This document shows positions 38,096-49,242 of a DNA stretch of 64,000 nt, in pieces (position 1 is the stretch's first letter; every line of letters starts with the position of its first letter). This DNA is from Eledone cirrhosa. Lineage: Eukaryota. The notes below the pieces were generated by a model that was not told where the DNA came from, did no database searches, and saw only the letters and a program-made list of their open reading frames with translations. The stretch lies in the NCBI GenBank assembly GCA_964016885.1, contig OZ024756.1, positions 11,780,001-11,844,000 of the forward strand, written 5' to 3'. Made by a program: the position numbers and the translations under genes.

Positions 38096-38897
38096 TCTAT
38101 ATATATAAAACTGAGGATGTCTGTCTGTCTGTGAGTTTGAATCCCTAAAACTCGAGAAGTACCCAACCGATCTTTTTCAAACTTTACATGTGTATTACTT
38201 ATGTTTCAGGGAGTGTTATGCACATAAATTCAACTTTTTGATTCTCTAGGGCCAGCATTAGGTGAAAAACTGCATTTTTTCCAGCTTTTTTAGGGGTTTT
38301 TTGAGACGTTACGTCAGACCAATTTCCTTGAAATTGTAACTATGTATTAGTCAGTCTCTTCTTCATACCGTGAGCCAAGAAAATCCAACTTTTTTATGGC
38401 CTAGGGCCCGCATTAGGTGAAAAACTTCATTTTTTCAGCTTTTTAGGGCTTTTTTGAGGCGTTACGTGTAGCCGATTTTCCCGAAATTTCAAGGCATATT
38501 ATGCACATAAAAAGAATTCATTTTCTTGATCCCCTAGGGCCTGCATTAGGTGAAAACCTGCATTTTTCCTGCTTCATCGAGGAAAATCTTAAAGATTATC
38601 CAGCCAATTACCATAAAAAAGTGCTACATTAATTAATTAGGTTATCCACCCTCATGTGGATATAAAACAATTCCCAAAATTCTGTCCTGGTGACTCGTGC
38701 CACTTTATTAAAGTCCAAAAGCACCAAGCCGATTTTCTCCACGTGGAAGGAGAAGCATACCTAATACTAATTGCATCAGAGTATTCGGTTTATTTCTTTA
38801 CATATTGTCCAGGCAAGCAGTTTTTCCATGATTAGGTCTGTTGCCAGCCCGTGTTCCAAAATACCTTATCCCGTGCAACGCCGGGTACCACTGCTAG
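38096..38897 (+). mobile_element. Non-autonomous Helitron family H1, full length
   Basis: The 5' end is TCTATATATATAAAACTGAGGATGTCTGTCTG. There are three internal ctagggcc.gcattaggtgaaaa subrepeats. The 3' end is cccgtgcaacgccggg then CTAG|T. Confidence 0.85.
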
Positions 38898-39137
38898 TAG
38901 TATTATAATAGAAGGATGATTTGTTAAGCCTTCATTACCTTTATTGGTTGGTGATGCGCGTTTCACTATTGATCAGCCCAAAGTTCGATCTGTATTGATC
39001 TGGAATCAAAAGCTTGTCGGACCTCTGTTGTTGTAATGACAGAATGAACATATAAAGCATAGAAATGTCTAATGTTTTGTATATATATATATATATATAT
39101 ATCCACACACACACACATATATATGTGTGTATATATA

Positions 39138-39398
39138 TGGTGAAGGTGCATGGCTTAGTGGTTAGAGCATTGGGCTTGCAATCAAAAGGTTGTGAGTTCA
39201 ATTCTTGAACCGGGTGATGTGTTGTTTTCTTGAGCAAGACACTTTATTTCACATTGCTCCAGTTTACTCAGCTGTAGAAATGAGTACCTGGCCTGCCCGC
39301 CCAGCCAGTGGGATGGCGTTGTCTTATGGCTAAAACAGCACGACGTGCTGTGACCAGCGGCGCCGATTGGCCCCCGACAGACTGGTCGGTGAAGGTGA
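39138..39398 (+). mobile_element. SINE family B head and core with a different (non-RTE) 3' part
   Basis: Nearly identical to family B up to tagaaatgag, then it diverges. Confidence 0.8.
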
Positions 39399-39484
39399 TA
39401 TATATATACTTAACACACAGACACACACACATATATATATATACGATATTAACAAATGGAAACTATATTTATAAAACCATATTT

Positions 39485-39547
39485 ATTTCATTATACATAT
39501 TTCAAGGACACCAAGTTAAATTACGGCGTGCTTTCATCAGACAAAAT
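39485..39547 (-). ncRNA. Type I hammerhead ribozyme fold
   Basis: On -: attttgt-CTGATGA-aag c acgcc...ggtgt c ctt-GAAA tatgta TA-atgaaat. Stem I is 7 bp with two G.U pairs, and the triplet is AUA. Confidence 0.7.
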
Positions 39548-39747
39548 ATAATATAGATCAGTTTTATAAATAAATATTGACATACCCTTAAAAAATGCGA
39601 CCATTACTGTTGGAAGCTCCCGGATAGTATATATATATATATATTAGGTATAGGATTATCCTAGATGTAATGGTTAATTACTACACTGGATATGGTTGAC
39701 GTACGGTGAGAGGTTACTCTACGAGTTATGGAAGAATTGTTGATTTC

Positions 39748-39859
39748 TGCTCTGAGGATACAGTGGTCACAGCATTGGATATTTGAGTTCTGCAAATACT
39801 TGTAAATTTGCACATAGCATAACTAGGCTGTAGTACCACCGTGGAAACATTTGTAAGCA
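39748..39859 (+). ncRNA. Type I hammerhead ribozyme fold with extended stem II
   Basis: tgct-CTGAGGA-tacagtggt.acagc...gctgt..taccaccgtg-GAAAC attt GTA-agca, with AATAAA just downstream. Confidence 0.7.
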
Positions 39860-39918
39860 CACGGAATAAACTACCTTTTTATGATGTCTACCTGTTATTA
39901 TTCATTCTTTATATATAT

Positions 39919-39967
<49 letters not shown>

Positions 39968-39968
<1 letters not shown>

Positions 39969-40163
39969 AATAAATATGTAGAAAAGACAACATACCAAAG
40001 AGAGAAAGATAGTGTGTTATCAGTCAAACAGGGAAAAACCACCAGTGTAAGGAATCTATAGCATGGGCTACAGATTCCTTACACTGGTGGTTTTTCCCTG
40101 TTTGACTGATAACACACTATCTTTCTCTCTCTAGTGTGTTACCTTTTCAACATATTGTATTAT
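39968..40163. repeat. Long inverted repeat (~95-bp arms, inner ~60 bp perfect)
   Basis: agagagaaagatagtgtgttatcagtcaaacagggaaaaaccaccagtgtaaggaatct is followed, after a short centre, by its exact reverse complement. Confidence 0.95.
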
Positions 40164-40213
40164 AAAGGGCTCGGGATTCCTTCTCCTTTGAGCAGATTAT
40201 TGACAGGGAATAG

Positions 40214-40320
40214 CCAGTGCATTACTGGTACTTTATTTCATCCTTACGGGGTCGATAAAATAAAGTACCAGTAATGCACTGGGTAATTGCTGGCCTTGTG
40301 CCTAACGTAGAAACAATTAA
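40214..40320 (+). mobile_element. 5'-truncated SINE family A with 5' inverted duplication and 14-bp TSD
   Basis: TSD tgacagggaatagc at 40201-40214 and 40321-40334. Confidence 0.85.
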
Positions 40321-40544
40321 TGACAGGGAATAGCGAGAGTCTATGGCTCCGTTAATTTATCGTCAATATATATATATGTGTGTGTGTGTGTATATTTAAC
40401 ACACACACACACACACGTGTGTGTGTGTGTATTAAGTATATCCTTAGAAAATGTAAGGGAAAGGAGAGTGCTGGATGGTGACAATGATAAGTGATGAAAT
40501 GTATTTGATATTTATTGAAATAATTTATTGTTCGGCTTTCGGTA

Positions 40545-41345
40545 CCTCCCACCACCCCTCATATACCACCACCACCCCACATATACCACCACCCCACCCC
40601 ACATGTACCACTGCCACCACCCCACATATACCACCACCTTCCACCCCACATGTACCACCACCCCACATATGCCACCACCGCCCCACATGTACCACCACCA
40701 CCCCACATATACCACCGCCACCACCTCCACCCCACATGTACCACCACCACCACCCCACATATGTCACCACCACCCCACATATACCACCACCCACCGCCCA
40801 TATACCACCATCACCCCACATATACCACCAACACCACCACCACCACCGCCCCACATATACCACCACCACCGCCCCTCATATACCACCACCACCACCCCAC
40901 ATGTACCACCACCACCACCCCACATGTACCACCACCACCACCCCACATATGTCACCACCACCCACATATACCACCACCACCACCCCACATATACCACCAC
41001 CCCACATATGCCACCACTAACCACCCCACATATACCACCACCCCACATATACCCACCGCCCCTCATATACCACTACCACCACCCCTCATATACCACAACC
41101 ACCCCACATAAACCACCACCACCGCCCCACATATACCACCACCACCAACACAACCACCACCCCACATACACCACCACCACCACCACCACTCCTCATATAC
41201 CACCACCACCCCACATATACCACCACCCCACATATACCACCGCCCCCTCATATAACACTACCACCACCACCGCTCCTCATATACCACCACCACCCCACAT
41301 AAACCACCACCACCACCCCACATATACCACCACTACCCCCACTCC
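40545..41345 (+). repeat. C-rich minisatellite (accaccaccccacatat variants)
   Basis: Direct reading; the extensin-like ORFs are artefacts. Confidence 0.92.
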
Positions 41346-41459
41346 CAGCCTCCACAGTAAATTAATTTTGTTTCTTTTGTTTCTGATCAGAATAAGATTA
41401 ACTGAGCTTTGGTCACATGAGACAATGTCAGCTTTTCTTATCTCTCTCTTTCTTCCCCC

Positions 41460-41830
41460 CCCCCCCCCACTCCCCCCACTATCTCTCTCCATCCCCCCAC
41501 TCCTCCCCAACTATCTCCCTCCATCCCCCCACTCCTCCCCAACTATCTCCCTCCATCCCCCCACTCCTCCCCAACTATCTCCCTCCATCCCCCCACTCCT
41601 CCCCAACTATCTCCTTCCATCCCCCCACTCCTCCCCAACTATCTCCCCTCCATCCCCCACTCCTCCCCAACTATCTCCCTCCATCCCCCCACTCCTCCCC
41701 AACTATCTCCCTCCATCCCCCACTCCTCCCCAACTATCTCCCTCCATCCCCCACTCCTTCAACTATCCCCCCCCCAACTAACCCCCCACCCCCACTATCT
41801 CCCCCATCCCACCCCCACTCCCCCCATCTC
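41460..41830 (+). repeat. 32-bp minisatellite ccatccccccactcctccccaactatctccct
   Basis: Direct reading. Confidence 0.92.
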
Positions 41831-42204
41831 TCATCCTACACTAAATCAATAAATATATCATTGTTATTCATGCTTGTCTTTTTAGTTGGCAGTTTTTTTT
41901 TTACCATTGTTGTTAATAATAATATTATTGGTTTCTAATAATACTTATTATTACTATTATTATTATTATAACAACAGTGAATTGCATATGCATGTGCACA
42001 TACTGGCATACACATGGTTATACGTGTGTGTGTGTGGGGGGGGGGGGGGGGGGCACTGTCTCATGCTGTCTGGACATGTGATGCAAGTTGGTTAAAAGAC
42101 AAGTGTTAGTTGGTGACAGGGTGTTGGGGGGGGGGGCAGTGGTGGTAGTGGTGGTGGTAACAGGGTGGTGGTGGTGGTGGTGGTGACAATGTGATGAGTG
42201 TGGT

Positions 42205-43819
42205 GGCACCACCACCACCACACTCATCTTCATCACCACCATCACCCATCAGCAGCACCACCACCACCACCACACTCATCTTCATCACCACCACCACCAC
42301 TCATCTTCAGCACCACCACCGCCACCACACTCATCTTCATCACCACCACCACCACCACTCATCTTCATCACCACCATCACCATCGGCACCATCATTAGCA
42401 CCATCACCACCACCACTACCACCATCATCATCAGCACCATCACCACCATCATCATCAGCACCATCACCACCACTGCCATCATTAGCACCATCACCACCAC
42501 CACCATCACCTTCACCAGCACCACCACCACCACCACCACCTTCACCTTCACCACCACCCACCACCACCACCACCTTCACCTTCACCACCACCACCACCAC
42601 CACCATCACTTCACCACCACCACCACCACCATCACCTTCACCACCACCACCACCACCACCACCTTCACCACCACCACCACCACCACCACCTTCACCTTCA
42701 CCACCACCACCACCACCACCACCTTCACCACTACCACCACCACCACCACCACCACCACCATCACCTTCACCACCACACCCACCACCACCACCACCTTCAC
42801 CACCACCACCACCACCTTCACCACCACCACGACCTTCACCACCACCCACCGCACCACCACCACCTTCACCTTCAGCACCACCACCACCTTCACCTTCACC
42901 TCTACCACCACCACCACCACCACCATCACCTTCACCACCACCACCACCACCACCACCACCTTCACCACCACCACCACCACCACCTTCACCACCACCACCA
43001 CCTTCACCACCACCACCACCACCTTCACCACTACCACCACCACCATCACCTTCACCTTCACCACCACCACCACCTTCACCACCACCACCACCACCACCAC
43101 CACCTTCACCTTCACCACCACCACTATCACCACCACCGTCACCACCACCACCACCGTCACCACCACCGCCACCACCACCACCACCACCACCACCACCACC
43201 TTCACCACCACCACCACCACCACCTTCACCACCACCACCACCTTCACCACCACCACCACCACCTTCACCACTACCACCACCACCATCACCTTCACCTTCA
43301 CCACCACCACCACCTTCACCACCACCACCACCACCACCACCACCTTCACCTTCACCACCACCACTATCACCACCACCGTCACCACCACCACCACCGTCAC
43401 CACCACCGCCACCACCACCACCACCACCACCTTCACCTTCACCACCACCACCTTCACCTTCACCACCACCACCACCTTCACCACCACCACCACCACCTTC
43501 ACCACTACCACCACCACCATCACCTTCACCACCACCACCTTCACCACCACCACCACCTTCACCTTCACCACCACCACCACCACCACCACCTTCACCTTCA
43601 CCACCACCACTATCACCACCACCGTCACCACCACCACCACCACCACCGTCACCACCACCGCCACCACCACCACCACCACCACCTTCACCTTCACCACCAC
43701 CACCTTCACCTTCACCACCACCACCACCGTCACCACCACCACCACCGTCACCACCACCACCACCGTCACCACCACCACCACCACCACCACCACCACCACC
43801 ACCACCACCACCACCACCA
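42205..43819 (+). repeat. Degenerate (CCA)n array with a 240-bp-period internal duplication
   Basis: 42961-43190 is repeated at 43201-43430. Confidence 0.95.
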
Positions 43820-43904
43820 GTTATGTAGATAATTAATGGCTGATATGACAACAGTAATAATGATTTCGTATATTAACACAAATCCGCAAATTAGTAAATA
43901 ACAG

Positions 43905-44295
43905 GGGTGGGGGGTGGCAGTGGGTGTGTTATATCCACATGTGGTGGTGGTGGTGGTGTTATGGTGGCAGTGGGTGTGTTATATCCACATGTGGTGGTGG
44001 TGGTGGTGGTGGTGGTGTTATGGTGGCAGTGGGGCTATCATATCCACATGTGGTGGTGGTGTTATGGTGGCAGTGGGGGTGTTATATTCACATGTGGTGG
44101 TGGGGGGGGGGGTTTATGGTGGCAGTGGGGCTATCATATCCACATGTGGTGGTGGTGGGGGGAGGGGTTATGGTGGCAGTGGGGTTATCATATCCACATG
44201 TGGTGGTGGTGGGGGAGGGGTTATGGTGGCAGTGGGGCTATCGTATCCACATGTGGTGATGGTGGTGGTGGTGGCAGTATCATATCCACATGTGG
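43905..44295 (+). repeat. Minisatellite ggtggcagtggg...atatccacatgtggtggt, ~7 copies
   Basis: Direct reading. Confidence 0.9.
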
Positions 44296-44499
44296 CATAC
44301 ACAGTTCAGTTTATTAACCTCTAGAGAGATAAAAAGCAGAGTTAATTCTGACTGGGATTCATTGATATCGGAGATTACAGAGAGATTAAACTATTATACC
44401 GACTGTAAAGTGTTTAATCCAAATAGCTATTGTTTCAGCCAACATCCCGCTACACTAATGAGGGCAGTTATATTGATAAGAAGAAGGAAGCACCATCAT

Positions 44500-45150
44500 A
44501 TATCATCATCATCATCATATGTCCACTCTTCCACACTTACATGGGTAGGATGGGTCTTTTTCAGCACCGCATCTCTCCACTCACCACCTTCGTTCACCAC
44601 CATCTTCACTGTGAGCTTCAGTGATTTGCAATCGGCCCGCACCACTTCAACCCAGGTCTTCCTTGGTCCTGCCCTCTACTGTGGCTTCCTTCCACTTGGA
44701 TTATTTGACACTTCTTCCACTCAATGATGATCATTATCCATGTGCAGTGGATTGGCAGTATCGGTAGAGGTTCAGACGCCATGCTTTCCAGCATAGTTAC
44801 GTCCCTTTACGATCTGAGTTCAAATCCCGCCGAGGTTGACTTTGCCTTTCATCCTTATGGGGTCGATAAAATAAAGTACCAGTAATGCACTGGGTAATTG
44901 CTGGCCTTGTGCCTAAAGTAGAAACAATTATCCATGTGCATCACATGTCCATACCAGTGCAGTCTTCTCTCTTGCACACACTACATCTCATTCCTCTTAT
45001 ACCTAGTTTCTTTTCTCGGTTCACCCGTGCTTTGTTGTTCATGCACATATATAATATTACCCATCCATCGAAGCATGCTTGCTTCATTTTTCTCCATCCA
45101 TTACTTATCCTCTGTGTTCACTACCTATGTCTCTTATACACATGCTCAAC
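44500..45150 (-). mobile_element. Degenerate RTE 3' fragment interrupted by a SINE
   Basis: On - it reads ASMLRWM, RRLHWYGHVM and GPRKTW-like motifs, followed by the (ATG)n tail. Confidence 0.75.
44745..44931 (+). mobile_element. SINE family A with 14-bp TSD
   Basis: attatccatgtgca at 44733-44746 and 44927-44940. Confidence 0.9.
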
Positions 45151-45884
45151 ACATTTAAACAACTGTTGAATACTGACCAGAATTCAGGAGGCTCATTTAT
45201 TATATAAGACCAAAACCAATTGAAAATACATTACATGCTATGATACACCTTTAGATTACATAATAAATTTGGAATAAGCATTTATCATGACCTGTTAACA
45301 TAATATCTGTGAGATTTATTTTTGATGCTCCTTTAAATAGGGGAGGGAGGTGGGGGTGATAAATATGGATTTTTTTTTCCGGGCCCCCTTTAAAATATGT
45401 AGTGACCCATACCATTCACAGAAATCATACTAAAAAATTTTCCCGAGGGCCCGGAACCCCCCTGTACATACCCCTGAAGTTGAGGATGGTCGAAAAGAAG
45501 GAAAAGTCCGCTATTATTGCACATTATACTCGATATTTTTTCGTCACAATGGGGGTTGGGGGGGGGGGGGGGGGTTCGATAAACTCATTTATGGTATTGT
45601 TTTTGCATTATGACCATCCAATATGCCGGAAATCCAGGGTAGCGACCAAATATCAACAAGTATCTTTCTTTTAAAGTTTAAAAGATACTTGTTGAAGATG
45701 TCGTGCAGTGATCATGAAGCTCTGTGGTTGGGAAATGGTCTTCTTAACAAAGTCATGCCTCTACCTTTATTGTGAAGAAGCCAGCACTAAATAAAGCTTT
45801 GCCTATACAGTTTAGGGTATTTGTATCTGTGTTCAAGGTCTTCTATCTCCATTCTCCATCTCTTAGGGAATAAATTATGAGCAG

Positions 45885-46865
45885 CATAACCAACATGACT
45901 ACCACCATACCCACAACCATCATGACTACAACCATCAACCACCACCACCACAACCACAACAATCATGACTACCACCACACCCACAACAATCACGACTACC
46001 ACCACACCCACAACCACCACAACTACAACCATCACAACCACCACCACCACAACCACAACGATCACAACCACCACCACAAGAACCATCACAACCACAACAA
46101 CCACAAGAACCATCACAACCACAACAACCACAAGAACCATCACAACCACAACAACCACAACAACCATCACCACCACAACCACAACGATCACAAGAACCAT
46201 CACAACCACAACAACCACAACCATCACCACCACAACCATCGCCACCACAACCATCACAACCACAACCATCACCACAACCATCGCCGCAACCATCTCAACC
46301 ACAACCATCACCACCACCACCATCACAACTGCCACACCCACAACAATCACAACCACCACCACCTCAACCATCACCACAACCATCACAACCACAACCATCA
46401 CCACCACCACACTCACAACCATCACAACCACCACAACCATCACCATCACCACAACCATCACAACCACCACCACAAGAACCACCACCATCACAACCACCAC
46501 CACAACCACCACCACCACCACAACCACCACAACCATCATCACAACCATCACCACGACCACCACAACCATCACCACCACCACCCCACTCACAACCATCACC
46601 ACCACCACCATCACAACTACCACACCCACAACAATCACAACCATCACCACCTCAACCACCATCACAACCACAACCATCACCACCACCACAACCATCACAC
46701 CCACAACCACAACCATCACACCCACAACCATTACCACCACCACCACCACAACCATCATCACAACCATAACCACCATCACAACCACCACCACCACAACCAC
46801 AACCACCACCTCCACAACCATCACAACCACCACCACAACCACAAACACCACAACCACAACCACAA

Positions 46866-46901
<36 letters not shown>

Positions 46902-47020
46902 TGATGGTTGTGGTGGTGGTGGTGGTGAAGGTTGTGGGTGGGGTGGTCGTGGTGATGGTTCTTGTGGTTGTGGTTGTGATGGTTGTGGTTGTGGTGACGG
47001 TTGTGGTGATGGTTATGGTT
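45885..47020. repeat. (ACC/ACA/ATC) trinucleotide array, (TA)n, then a short inverted block
   Basis: Direct reading. Confidence 0.92.
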
Positions 47021-47208
47021 GTATATATATGTATATATATAAGTATTGAAGTTTCCGTTGAAAATTGAAGAAGTCATAGGAGTGAAGAGTGCTCTATGTA
47101 AGTACCAGAGCTAAATTTAATTATATATATGTATATATATATATATATAAGGAAAAAAGATGAAATCGAAAATGCAACTGGACTCTTTGGTTTTTAAAAT
47201 ATATTTGG

Positions 47209-47252
47209 TTCCTTTACCGGTTTCGCAGTTCTTCTGCTTTTCAAAAGTAGAA
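47209..47252 (-). ncRNA. Minimal type I hammerhead fold, U3-A8 variant
   Basis: On -: ttc ta ctt-TTGAAAA-gcag aagaa ctgc-GAAA ccgg TA-aag gaa. Stem III is the palindrome ACCGGT, and the triplet is GUA. Confidence 0.7.
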
Positions 47253-47454
47253 TTGAGATGGAGAGTTTGTGTTTTTATATATACATACACACATGTATAT
47301 ATGTATATAAAAGGTTATGTCCAACTGTTTTTTCTCCCACTCACGTAACATCTCCTGTGTTAAGGTTTTTTTCTAATCATCTACTTGGTTGTCACGGATC
47401 TGTCCAACTAGTTTGACCACCAGTATATCACAAGAGACCAGCATCTCCCTTGTT

Positions 47455-47527
47455 TTTTGTCTGATGAGTACATGTTTTGGATTATGTTATACATAAGCCA
47501 TGCATCTTCGAAATATATATAATAAAA
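47455..47527 (+). ncRNA. Type I hammerhead fold, imperfect stem II
   Basis: ttttgt-CTGATGA-gtacatg...catgcatcttc-GAAA tatata TA-ataaaa; resembles 39485-39547. Confidence 0.55.
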
Positions 47528-47566
47528 TAGAGGTGGTATAAAGTAACTAACTTTTGTATATTATTA

Positions 47567-47678
47567 TCCCGCTAAGGTTAACTTTGCCTTTTATCCTTAC
47601 GGGGTTGATAAAATAAAGTACCAGTAATACACTGGAATAATTGCTGGCCTTGTGCCAAATGTAGAAACAATTATTATT
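47567..47678 (+). mobile_element. SINE family A, 3' half
   Basis: Core and tail are present. Confidence 0.8.
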
Positions 47679-47704
47679 ATTATTATATGTGTGTGTATAT
47701 ATAC

Positions 47705-48018
47705 ATCATCATCATCATCATCATTTTACGTCCGCTTTTCACTGCTTGCAAGGGTGGGACGGGAACTGATTCTGGCTTGATTTCTACAGCTGGATGCCCT
47801 TCCTAACACCAACCTCATTTACAGTGAGTGCTGGGGGCTTTTTTGCCGTGGCACCTCCACGACCACTTTGCAGTGGGATGATAGGGACCCCAGTAAACTG
47901 GAGCAATGCGAAATAAAGTGTCTTGCTCAAGGAAACAACACATCACCCAGTCTGAGTATTGAACTCACAACCTTTCGATTGCAAGCCCAATGCTCTAACC
48001 ACTAAGCCATGTGCCTCC
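47705..48018 (-). mobile_element. SINE family B (small internal deletion)
   Basis: Homologous to 24218-24578. Confidence 0.85.
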
Positions 48019-48160
48019 CCTGGATATATATATATACACACATATATATGTATGTGTGTGTATGTATGCGTATATATATACTCATACATACACACACACA
48101 TACACACACACATGTGTGTGTGTGTTTATATATCTATATATATATATATGTAGATATATA

Positions 48161-48262
48161 ATCCCGCCGAGGTTAACTTTGCCTTTCATCCTTACAGGGT
48201 TGATAAAATAAATTACCAGTAATACACTGGGTAATTGATGGCCTTGTGCCAAAAGTAGAAAC

Positions 48263-48267
<5 letters not shown>
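48161..48267 (+). mobile_element. SINE family A, 3' half
   Basis: Core and tail are present. Confidence 0.8.
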
Positions 48268-48305
<38 letters not shown>

Positions 48306-48618
48306 CAAAAGTTAAACACGGTTCATTGATTAATCAATGAATATAGTTTTACAATAGATTAGAAGCACTCAACAAGAAAAGTTTTCTGGAGTTATTAATA
48401 TTTTGAATTAATATATATATATATATATATATTGTTATATTTGGGGAGGGTCATATTTGCGTAATATTGCCAGAATTAATAACAGAACACACTCACTGTT
48501 TGGTTGGTTTTCGCTTCTCGCTGTCTTTTATTATATCTGCGATCTAACTTACTCGGTCCTCAATGTTGCCATTGACTGACCGGCGGTCAAAAATAATACA
48601 GATACAATATAGACAATT

Positions 48619-48920
48619 GGTTGTGAGTTCAATTCTCAGACCGGGTGATGTGTTGTTTCCTTGAACAAGACACTTTATTTCACATTGCTCCAGTTTACTC
48701 AGCTGTAGAAATGAGATGATAGGGGCTGGGGTCCCTATCATTCCACTGCAAAGTGGTCGTGGAGGTGCCACGGCAAAAAAGCACCCAGCACTCACTGTAA
48801 ATGAGGTTGGTGTTAGGAAGGGCATCCAGCTGTAGAAATCAAGCCAGAATCAGTTCCCGTCCCATCCTTGCAAGCAGGGAAAAGTGGACGTAAAATGAAA
48901 TGATGAAATGATGATGATGA
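48619..48920 (+). mobile_element. SINE family B, 5'-truncated
   Basis: Homologous to 32300-32597. Confidence 0.85.
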
Positions 48921-48964
48921 CACAGCCCAAGTAAAATGTATATATAAGAGAAAAAAAAAAAAAC

Positions 48965-49132
48965 CTACTCCCTGTCCACACTGTAAATGTGGTTGGTGTT
49001 AGGAAGGGCATCCAGCCGTAGAAAACCTGCCAGATAGTCCTATATGAGCGAGACACGGTCACCCGACCAACCTTGCCTCAAGTGGGACAACTCCCGTCTA
49101 ACCCATGCTAGCGTGGAAGATGGACGTTAAAC

Positions 49133-49173
<41 letters not shown>
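48965..49173 (+). mobile_element. RTE 3' UTR with (GAT)n tail
   Basis: Homologous to 56145-56315. Confidence 0.8.
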
Positions 49174-49242
49174 GGAAGAGAGGGAATTGATGTTGTTTTA
49201 ATATCCCCCCACCACGTGTGTGTGTGTGTAGAGCTACTGTAT

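Noticed and set aside
42191-43851. 545-aa extensin/formin-like proline-rich ORF and 503-aa glycine-rich ORF
   Set aside because: These are translations of a degenerate (CCA)n array that is open in several frames on both strands, with no non-repetitive domain.
45787-47068. His-rich, Thr-rich and Val-rich ORFs
   Set aside because: Trinucleotide repeat artefacts.
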